NCBI RefSeq assembly: GCF_009914755.1
Contig: NC_060930.1
Length of the DNA: 64,000 bases
DNA from: the human T2T-CHM13v2.0 reference genome, Homo sapiens
Direction: 5' to 3' (one strand)
The translations under genes were made by a program, and so were the position numbers. Positions 53,447 through 64,000 of this stretch are shown here, piece by piece (positions within the stretch are counted from its first letter, which is position 1; every line of letters starts with the position of its first letter). The notes below the pieces were generated by a model that was not told where the DNA came from, did no database searches, and saw only the letters and a program-made list of their open reading frames with translations.

Positions 53447-53867
53447 TATATCTCTCCTGTTTTTAAAAGCAGTGCCTTGCTAGTAACTCAGGAAAGAGAG
53501 GAAGTTAGAGAACTAGAAACGTACAAGCTTCCTTCTGCCCGTGAACTAGAAAGGCGAGCAAATGATGTAAACCTACTGTAATTGTAGGGTTTGAGTAACA
53601 TTATAAAACAATTCCGTTCCCTTCCCACAATTTATAACATCTCGTAAACCCTTTGGGGAAATAACTTTTCACTTTAAAATCATACCATCCCATTCACCAT
53701 TTCCTGTAGTTACTGAAAAGCCCACATTAATGGAATGCCTTTTGGCCAAAACAAAGTGAAGCCGGGAAATAATACATATAAACTAGGGTTTTCTAAGATT
53801 TTTTTGACCTTTGTTTTTCTTTATGTAAGACAAATTCAGGGTTTTTATTGACATAATATTTTTCCAC

Positions 53868-54070
53868 TTTTTAAAAATTGAGATATAATTTACAAGCCAC
53901 AAAATTTACCCTTTAAAATGTACAATCCAGTGGTTTTTAGTATATTTTCAAGATTGTGCAACCATAACCACTATCTACTTCCAAAACATTTCCATCAGCT
54001 CCAAAAGAAATTCCGTACTCATTTTCAGCCACTCCCCATTTCTCCTCCCCCAGCCCTGAGCAGCCACTAC
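53868..54070 (-). mobile_element. L1MB-like 3' end
   Basis: 'ttgagatataattt...aaatgtacaatccagtggtttttagtatatt...ttgtgcaaccataaccactatcta'. Confidence 0.8.
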
Positions 54071-55109
54071 TTTCAAGACAATTTGTTTTAATTTGGTAAG
54101 TATTTCTTCAGGGAATATTTTTGTTGCATTGGATGGGAGGGTTTAGAAGACCTGAGCTCTAATTAATTCCAGCTGTGACTTCCTACCTGCGAGATCTCAG
54201 GCAAATCACTGAAACTTTTTCTTCTTCTCTCCTCATCTGCAAATGACGAATGTCAAAGGGCAGAATGTCTGCTATCTGCTCCATTCCATCCAGGGTTTCC
54301 AAAGTCTAGACTGGCAACTGGCACTACCTGTGATCTGAAGGCCAGCCTCCCTCTGCCCTTGTCCATTTTCTGGGCCTGGTTTCCAGGACGTTCCATGATA
54401 CTGTCAGCTAGCTGAGTTGGTTTCTATGATTTGCAATCAGGAACCGTGACTGGTGTATGGAATGAATGAAAATATATGACATTTGTGGCTGTCCATGGAT
54501 TTTCTGGGTTAGTAATCCTTTCCTGGTTTGATAGGACTAGTTCAATGAAAGGAATATTTCTAAAAAGTCCAGAAACTCTTTTTCTGTACGCCAAACTCTA
54601 TCACTAACTTACTAATGTGACCTTGAATGAGTCATTTTGACACCCACCTTCCTCACAAGGGTGTTGATAGAATTGATGAGTTAATATTCAAAAGTACTTT
54701 ACGCTTTAAATAGTGTCTTTCAGCAGAGGTGCTCAAAGAATTATAATCACTACAGCTGCACAATAAATTATAAAGCGATTCCTTAAGAACTATCATATTT
54801 ATCTCAAACTTTTAATGAGAAATTGACTACAGTTGTAAATTTTCCCTTCAACAAGTGGTCAAGATGTTTAAGAAATTGGTAAAAAGAAACTTACATTAAA
54901 ATGTAAATTAGATTTCTTTTTTTCCCAATTCTATTCCCAATAGATTGACTGACCACACAACATATTTACAACTTCTGGAGAGTTCCAGTCCCCAATTCCT
55001 ATGGAGAAACAATTCCGAAAGATGAGAGTGCTCTCTACGTAAGTCCACAGTGGGAATTGAAATAGCTTCCTCAGCCTGGTTCAAGGGCTCTCTCTATTTC
55101 TCTAAATTG

Positions 55110-56290
55110 CTCCATCCTCATCACTGCCATCCCCATTTCCATCCTGATGTCCGTGTCCATCTCCATCCCCATCTCTATCTTCATCCTCATCTCCATCTCA
55201 AACCTCATCTTCATTCTTATCATCTTCATCCCTGTCTCCATCCCCATCTGCATCTGTCTCCATCCCCATCCCCTTCTCCAGCTCCATCCCCATCTCCAAT
55301 CTCATCTCCATTCTTATCATCTCCATCCCTGTCTCCATTCCCATCTGCACCTCTGTCTCCATCCCCATTCCCATCTCCAACTCCATCCCCAACCTCATCT
55401 CCATTCTTATCTTCATTTCCATCCCCATCTACATCTCTGTCTTCATCCCCATCCCCATCTCCAATTCCATCCCGTCTCCAACTCAATTCCCATCTTTATC
55501 CTCATCTGCATCTCTATCTCCATTCCCATCCGCAACTCCATCCCCATCTGCATCTCTCTCTCCATTCCCATCCCTATCTCCAACTCCATCCCCATCTTCA
55601 TCCTCATCTGCATCTCCATCTCCATCTCCAACCTCATCTCCATTCTTATCATCTCCATCCCTGTCTCCATCCGCATCACCATCTCCAGCTCCATCCCCAT
55701 CTCCAGCCTCATCTCCATTCTTATCTTCATCTCCATCCCCATCTGCATCTCTGTCTTCATCCCCATCCTCATCCCCATCCTATCTCCAATTCATCCCATC
55801 TCCAACTCAATTCCCATCTTCATCCTCATCTGCATCTCTGTCTCCATCCCCATCTGCATCTCCATCTACAACCACATCTCCATCCCCATCTTCATCTCTC
55901 TCTCCATCCCCATCCCCATCTCCAACTCCATCCCATCTCCATCCTCATCTGCATCTCCAGCCCTATCTCCAACCTCGTCTCCATTCCTTTCTTCATCTTC
56001 ATTTCCATCCCCATCTGCATCTCTGTCTCCATCTCCATCCCCATTCCAACTCCATTCCCATTCCCATCTCCATCTCCATGTCCATCTCCATCTTCATCTC
56101 CATCCCCACCTTCATCCCCATCCCCATTCCCATCTCCACCTTCATCCCCATCTCTCTCTATCCCCATGCTCATCTCAATTTCCATCTTAATCTTCATCCC
56201 AATTTCCATCCTCATCTTTATCCCATCCCCATCCCCACCTCCACCCTTATCTACATGCCTGTCTTCATCCCCAGCTCCATCCTTATCTCC
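55110..56290. repeat. 1.2-kb (CATCTC/CATCCC)n degenerate hexamer repeat
   Basis: Continuous catctc/catccc units; + strand almost devoid of G. Confidence 0.97.
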
Positions 56291-58669
56291 CTCACACAGG
56301 TACCTGCAATCAGTCCAGGCAAACTGGAGCGGGTTTCCTTGTCTTGAGCTTAGAAACTACCTCTTAGCAACAAGAGCATTGGAGATCATGCATTTTTAAT
56401 TTTACTTAGCAAGAATTTCCTTTTGCTCCATTCTAGAGCTGATCCATTTTTCCCTAAAATGTTGCTTACTTGCCCTTTCCTCAGCAATCACTTGTAGTCA
56501 TTACCATATAAGAAAAAGCAGATGTCCCCTTAAGAACAGCAGTTGCACATGACTGGGCACTTGAAGGCGCTGGCTCACCTCACAAATTACACCACCTCCC
56601 AAGCTACCAAAACTGCAGGAGATGAATGTGGGAAGACTCAGAGAAGCTCTGTGTGTCTTCAAGGTGCACACTTGCCGTTCTAGCATACTGTAGGACACAG
56701 CACTCGAAATGGTTACCTTGACTCTCCATTTCTATTGATATAGGAATTTTAACACACTCTTATTTTTTGTCTACTTTTTAGTAAAAGATAAAGTAAAGGA
56801 CCAACATACTAATATATTACATGCAATATAAATGTGCACTAAAATTAGAAATATAAGTGTAATATAAAAATAACTGTTCAGAGATATTCTCAGATTTTCT
56901 TTTCACTCCCCAGCAAGGGTCCGTGAACATGCCTGGGGGCTCAGCACCCCATTTTGGGGATGGCCCTTCTAGAACTTAATTTGGAAATTATCTGTCTACA
57001 TTGTCTCTTAATAGAGGATTCAAATGTCAGTTATTTTTAACTGAATTTAAAACCAACAGGTTTTATTCACCTTTGTTGACAAGCTCTCAGCATGGTACTT
57101 TGTCCATAATAGGTGTCAGTCAATTAATTTAATTTAAGGACTTTGAATGGTCGTCTCTTCAATTTACTTTTGACTTTCAATCTACTTTTGGAGTGTCATC
57201 ATTGCAAAACCCAGTTTAATCTTGTTTGTCTAGCTCACTGGTGAAAATCGATACATTGATTCAGGGCAGAGGTGAGAACAGGGCAGGCCCTCCCAAAAGC
57301 ACCTTCTCCTGCTGGGTACCCACTTCGCCACACCAAAGTTTATGGACCCATTGTTCCCAGATGGCTCCAAAGGGCCCATGGAGATCGGCCCTGTGGCCTT
57401 TGCTGACCAGGGTGGGTTTTTCTCGCTTGCTGGCTTCTTGGTGTGGATGTTGCAGTTGGGGCCAGCTTGGGCATGCAGCCGCCTCCTTCGCTGTCTCCCA
57501 GCGCACACACCATTGCTGGCTCTGAGCAGTGGGCGCTTAACGTTAGCTCCAGCTCTGTGAGAAAGCAACAGCTGCTTGCTCTCTCAACAGTTAAAACAGT
57601 TTGATGTGGAGGCTGTGTCTCCCATCCCGGGGGTTCAAAACAACCCTAACCTTAAGTCGTCACTGTGGTTGGTGGGCACTTGCTAGTGTCATCCTGGCTC
57701 TGGGGTGGAGGAAAAAGACCCCATGGGGGAGAAGTCCACTGTGACAGTGCTTCTCGGCCTAAGAAAGCTACATATGTCTTGCACAAGAGGAAGAGGACAG
57801 CTCTGGAATAAATGAGTGACTTCGTGCTCAAAGACTGCTCTCTAGCTTCTCTGGGTGAAGATTTTAATGGCCAGAGCAGAGTGGGGCTTCAGTTATCTCA
57901 ACTATGAATATGACGTAAATTATGCCAGGAGCTTTTCATTTTTATTGTGATTTTTGCTCAACCTGAACTGCTAAGTAATATTGCTGTTTCCCAACACTCC
58001 CCGCTTCTGCAGAGCTCCTTTAGAAAAAAACTCTGATAGAATACAAAAAAGGAAAAATACATATGTACAAGTTGGAAAAAGGTTTTATAGATGTACCTAA
58101 CCAGGCGAATTGTGTAATATAACCATGGTTCTTCCCCCTAAAATTATGTATACTTGATAGCTTAACCTAAACAAAATCTTAATGGGTTTGTCTTTGACAT
58201 ATTAAAAACTTGAAAGATAATGTTATACATTTTTTTTTAATGTTAAGATTGTCATGATCAATCAACCAGACAAAAGCCGGGTAATTCAGAGCTACAGATA
58301 ACAGCGTTGATCTCTCTAGTTTCATCCAGGCTGGTGATATACCTGCATGACTTCCATTAAATAAGCCACTTAGTGCCACAAATGTACCCATTAGAGTCCC
58401 TCAACAGTTCTGTAATTACTGTTATACGGAGCTTGGCAGTTAGGCCTTTGCATATGCTAAAGAAACGTAGGCATTCATATTTAAATCCAGCTCCCTTGCA
58501 TGCTGCAGCAGCCCAGCACCCACTGACTGTAACTTTTCAAGTGAGTTAAATGAGTAACAGAGAGCGAATGCAAGCTCACTTTGGAAATTCATCCAGGCCT
58601 CCTCCTCGAAGGGAGTATGGGACTGTTGATGCTTTCCATGCTCGTTTTAGTGATGTTTGCTGCAATACA

Positions 58670-59020
58670 TCAGCGTTTATTGTGGGCCAAGGACGGTCAT
58701 AAGCACTGTGCCCAGACCATGTCCTTTTTATCCTCATCACTATCTCACCCAGCACAGAGAGGTGAAGTAACTTGCCGATAGTCACACAGCAAGTTAGTGG
58801 TGGAAGAGGCAAGAGTCATGCCTCCGAAGTTACAGACTACACCTTGCAGTTAAAACGGACTTGGAATGAGAGCATCCCCCTTCTCTGGCTCCTGCCCTGA
58901 CCCTGAGTTAGCCTCGGACTAACCTCGCACAGTTTATTCCACTTCCTCAATAAAACTGGAATCACAACATCTGCCTTGTCTACCTGAAAGTGCTGTGAAG
59001 ATTAGAGAGAGCTTTGAAAA
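58670..59020. mobile_element. Two MIR fragments in opposite orientation
   Basis: 'agaggtgaagtaacttgcc...gtcacacagcaagttagtgg' (-) then 'ttcctcaataaaactggaatc...gtgctgtgaagattaga' (+). Confidence 0.55.
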
Positions 59021-59419
59021 TTAAGATCTGACACACAAATGTGGGTTGTTCTTAGAGGTGAAGAAGGCCGTAGCACAAATACACTGTGAGGCCCCGCTGT
59101 GCTCAGCCCACCTGACAGCGTAGGGTCAGCCAGCGCCCAGCCCCTGAGAAGGAAGTGACTTTGAGCAAGGGTGAGAAGACCAGGTCCCAGGTCCCGTCTA
59201 AGGCTACAAGCCATGGTGTTGGGTGAGTGCAAAGGACTGCACAGCAACAGAATCTGGGGTGTGAAGATGCCTTATAGGCTCGCAAGGTGGCCCTGAAAAG
59301 GTGGAGTGGATTCTGGACAGAGTGGAAGCGCAGCAGAGGGCATCCCAGAGCAGACACACACACAGGCATGCACCAGCCTCCCCAAGTGCAGGAGCCAAGT
59401 TCCCTTCAGGAAGAGGGAG

Positions 59420-59761
59420 TGGCTTAGTCCATCACCTCGGCTACAACAATCTACCCTAGGCTCGGTAATTTATAAACAACAGAAATGTATTGCTGACAGT
59501 TCTGGAGTCCACAAGTCCAAGAGCAGGGCCCCTGCCTGTCTGATGAGGGCCTGTTCCTCATAAATGAGGCCTGCTGGCTGCGTCCTCAATGGTAGAAGGG
59601 ACGGACAGGCTCCCTGAAGCCTCCTTTCCACGGACACCCACCCCATCCCTGAGGGCAGAGCCCCCATGCCTTCATCACCCCGCCAAGGCCCACCTCTTCC
59701 TATCACCACAATGGGGACTGGGTTTCAACATGAATTTGGGGGACACATTCAGGCCACAGCA
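59420..59761 (-). mobile_element. MLT1A-type solo LTR (ERVL-MaLR)
   Basis: 'cttagtcc...ataaacaacagaaatgtattgctgacagttctggag...tttcaacatgaatttgggggacacattcaggccacagca'; near-matching 5-bp flanks gggag/gagag. Confidence 0.85.
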
Positions 59762-62700
59762 GAGAGGGGAATGTTGGCGCGACAGGTGCAGAGAAAATAA
59801 ACCCATACTAGAGAGGGAAGCCTGAGCCTATCCCGGAGGGGCAGGGCAGTCACTGAAGGTTTTATCTGAGGAGCAAAGGCTCAAGTCGGTGCCTAAAGAG
59901 AGACCTGTGTGGGTGGCACTGAGCTAACCTGAGAGCCTGAAGCCCACACCTGGAGCAGCAGGAGCACCTCTGGCAGAGGCAGCTCTGACCCCACCTTAGC
60001 AGACAGGCCTCCAGAGCACGGCACAGGTTCCGAAATGAAGACCATTGTGTGAGAAGGGACGAGTCTGGAGCTGCCTCCCAAAGGAGGCAGGTGTGGGGTA
60101 CCTCGCAGGTGGGATGTATTTTGGAAAAGGGGACCAAGCCAACTTTTGTTTTAGTGTGAGATTTTCTGAAACTATCATCCCCCTGGAGGAGGGTACAAGC
60201 CCATTTGTCCCTGGGGCTGGAGCACTGCAGGGGGCCATGGTTTGGGCTGTAGAGTTGGAAGTCATTCTCATCAAGGTCACTATTAAGGTCAGAGGGCCTC
60301 AGAATATTGAAAAGAGGAGAAGCAGAACCGAGGACAGAGGAAAGCTGACCTGTTCCGTGTCCAGATTCAAGTTCTGTAAGCACACTCACAGCGAGCCTTT
60401 CTCATGAAAACTTATCTCGAAGGCTTCAGAGAAAAGTGTGTTGCATAATATGCAAATTGATAATTGGTGAAATTTAATAGGGAGCACCTAAGGTGTTCTA
60501 AGTCACTCCAGTCTCTGTTTTCGAAAATGAACAGGCAGTACTTAACACCCTCTAATTGAACCTGAGTTTGGAAATATCTTATGAGTTACTGTAATTCTAG
60601 AATGTTAAGTTCTTTATATAAAAGTTAACTTAAAAGTTCAATATGTTTTAAAACCCCAAGTCGGAATAGAAATAGTTTTTAAGCCTTATTCATTTTGACC
60701 TAATAAACTTTATCCTATTTTCACTATTTTTCCCGATGCTTATTTTTACTCTTTAATCATAATTTAAGGAGGTTGAAAAGAATTATATTAAAGAAATAAC
60801 AGCATGATAATACCAGCATCATTGGGTAGAGGAAGAAGTCCTAATCTTCAGTACAAACCCTGCCTGGGAGCTGGTTAAAATAATAATTCATAGGTCCCTG
60901 CCTGTCTGTGTTGTGACCAAGTAGCTCCTTTCAAAAGAAACACAAAAGGCGATTCTTATTAACCCTTGGACACACTTTTTGACAGACTGCTGTATATTCT
61001 CAGCTTTGTATTTATGGAAGTATCTGCCATTATGCTTATTAGCATCAAGGGAGCTTATTTAAGAGCTCTATAAAGAAGCGATATAATTCTGAACATAAAA
61101 ACTTCTGCTGATTTAAAGCGTTCTTATTGTTTACTTGATGGGCTATGAGAGCTGATGGTCATTGCATTATGCTGGAAACAAAGCTCCTTTCTGAGATCAG
61201 GGCATGTGTGTGATGAAAAACGGTTTCAATGTTACAGGGTCTGATCCACCAAGCTTCCAGTGAACTCCAGACATGAAAGTGGGAGTCACAGATTTAAAAT
61301 TCATGTGATGTGGGGTTAGCAACAAATGTTTTTACTTAAAAAATTATCACAAATGGCAATCTAACTGAATAGAAAGGAAAAAAATAGCATCCTTACATGT
61401 TTTTCTACAATTTACACCAAAATGTCGAAGGTCAAGGTTATGATGGCTGCGTTCATGCAATTCTAAATGAGAGCAGTTCACAGGACAGAACTCCACAAAC
61501 CACATTCTCAGGGGAAAAGAAGGTAAAATTTGAGCAAAAGTGAGAAAGAATTGAGAGGAAAACCCACTTATGTGGGAAAACAGTGCTAGTGCTAATCAGT
61601 TCTGTTGGAATCTAGAGGATATGTTGAAACAGCTACGGTCAGGCCAAAGAGAGTGGTGTTTCTCCTTTAAGCATAAAGCTTGCTTGTGGGACATTATTTA
61701 TGTGCTGTGAAACCTCATAAGGAAAATATTAAAGCTATCTGGAATCAACTGAACATAGGAAACAAGCATTAAATTGTACCATTTGACATACAGCTTCCTT
61801 TGGTGCATAAATCTGCCAACATCTGCAAAATATGTACATGATTTATTATATTCTCTTTGGTACGTTTAATAAGATTGTAAATCTGACCGATGCCTAGGTA
61901 TGAGACCTCCAAACTTTCAGTAATTAAATAGGAATGTCTCCATGATAAAAAAACAAAACGAAAAAACCCACTGCCTTGTCTGTATAATGCAGCGATTTTA
62001 AGAGTGGGTAAAGAAAGAAAAAAAGGTGTCTGAATTTGGGGAGTAGGCATGGGGGCGGGTTGATGCTTTAGGGCAGTTTACAGAATGCATGACAGCCTAC
62101 AATCAATTTTTGTCATCTTTTTGGCAATGCTTATGGGATCGACCAGAAAACGGACTCTTCGTGCCTTGCAGGTCAAGAGCTGTTAATGCCCCCATGCAGA
62201 TCAGACATTTAAAGTAGATACGGTCATTTCACCTACAAGCCTGGGACAGCTGTGCCCTGTGGAATAGGGGCCATGAGCCACACCTTGTGCTTTATAGACC
62301 CAGGAAGCCCTGCCAAGTTTCCAGAGAAGCCTGTAATTATCATTCCACCCCCTCCATCGGAAGTACCGAGGTGCAGTGCAGTTACGGTGAGTAAATAAAG
62401 TTGTGTCACCGAGGAAATTGTCCTTAAAAGAGAAATCCTCCCAAGTGGCAAACACGCAATCCTAGAGAGCATGGGCTACCGCACCACCCTGTGTGAAGGC
62501 CGGCGTGAGCCTCAGGCCAGGGGCCAAGAAGGATGTTAGAGTTAGCGGCTCCGCGTGCTTTCATTTTTCTTTGCATCCCCTCAGCCCTTCCCATCACAGT
62601 GTGCACCATCAGTCCACAAGCCTTTGCTGAACCTACTTTCAATTCAAAAAGGAAGGCCAGACAATCCTCTGAGGAATCCGAAAAAGGAGAGCTGTTTCTC

Positions 62701-64000
62701 CTTTAAGCGGTTTGTGGAAGGAGGAAATATGAGCAATTGAAATGAACAATTTGGAAACCAAATAAAAGCAAAACTGGATGAGAAGTGAGAGCCGCAAGCC
62801 CTGTGGGAGTGAAGCCGAGCTAGCGTCCCTTCCTTTCTCCCTTTCCTGGGGAAGAAATCCCGGACGCCTGAAAAAGCTGTTCTCTTCATTTGAGGGACTG
62901 CAGCTTCTCTCACGAAGCTCTCAGTATTCCTTTTAGGTGCCGTACATGGTGTTTCTACTTATGAAAGATTTTCCAACTAGGTACAGATGGAAAATACCGC
63001 GGCAGAAATCTCTGGCCTTTGGGTGGGACAACTCCTGCAAGACACACGTTAGGGCGTGTTTATTTTCAGAAGGCGGCAGGAGACTTTGCCAACACCAGTG
63101 CCCCTTGTTTTGACGGCATTTTCCCAAGTAACTGATTATGTTCCTCTTCTACCATACACACCTAATCACAGCAGATAGAGCCAGACAGGCTGAAATTCAC
63201 TGGCTACCCTTTAGCTCCTAGGAGGTGGCTGAGTTAGTCCTGAGGAGTTGCGGTTTACAGAGAGGCAGGGGTACCGGGAGCTTGGCAGAGCTCTCAACAA
63301 GAATCAGGGTGACTGTAAGAGCAGAGACATTCTGCAAGCTGACGGTGGCTGTCATTAAGCTCACGCAAGCGGCTATACGTTACTGAAAGTTGATGGCTTC
63401 TGATTTATTAGCTACACCTGTGTAATAAGAACATTTCTCTGCATTGTTTAACACAGGACACAGACAACGCTTCCACGGCCAAAGTGGGCAAAACTCACTG
63501 CCTCGCGTGACAGCGATCTACAAGACGATTGCAAACATGTTAGCATAGAAGCATGTACCGAACATGCAGGGAGGTAACCTGGTGAGTCGGCCACGGGGCC
63601 ATCATCTAAACAAGAGTTTAGAACACTCATATGCTAATGAGCTGAATTCTGCAAACGCACAGGCCTGCCTCTGACGTCATTTCTGATAACGTCTTGCTTT
63701 GAAGCAAGCCAACTCCCATAGCGTAAGCCAGCAGATTTTTTTGTTTGTGGGTTGGTTGGGTTTTTGTTTTTGGCAACAGTTAAGGGAACTAAATGATTTG
63801 TGTAGTTCTCAAAGAGATAAGAACAAAGTTAACTTAAATCTGAACCATTAAGATGTGAATTGCTTTTGAGCGTAAACAAATTTCCCTGAACCTAAATGCT
63901 GCTTTCATTTTACTGGATCTTTGGGTTACACATTATTGCATTCAATGGAAATTTGCATTTCAATAGCATAGGTCACATGTGCTACTGTCTCAGGGACCTT

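Noticed and set aside
55050-56399. 449-aa and 347-aa ORFs as protein-coding genes
   Set aside because: They arise from a G-poor hexamer repeat in which stop codons rarely occur; low-complexity product, non-ATG starts

Overview
This is primate, most likely human, genomic DNA: it carries AluY/S/J elements, an L1PA2-type 3' end, Tigger3, MLT1A, MIR and L2. I can support no protein-coding exon, RNA gene or gene symbol. The long ORFs in the track trace to Alu/L1/Tigger sequence, stop-poor simple repeats or GC-rich CpG-island sequence. The window reads as intronic or intergenic DNA with two CpG-rich promoter-like regions (about 20.0-21.0 kb and 42.1-43.0 kb), 15 Alus (three tail-to-tail inverted pairs), several tandem repeats with higher-order structure, and a repeat-poor, motif-rich right end (57-64 kb). 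I found no convincing new biological system. The best leads are structural: a 55-bp higher-order minisatellite born inside Tigger3, a tail-less Alu with a fold-back end, two AluY copies inverted about 80 bp apart, a pyrimidine/purine inverted tract beside the second CpG island, and a 1.2-kb G-poor repeat with an internal ~320-bp duplication. Repeat subfamily calls come from remembered consensus diagnostics, not a RepeatMasker run, and old-repeat boundaries are approximate.
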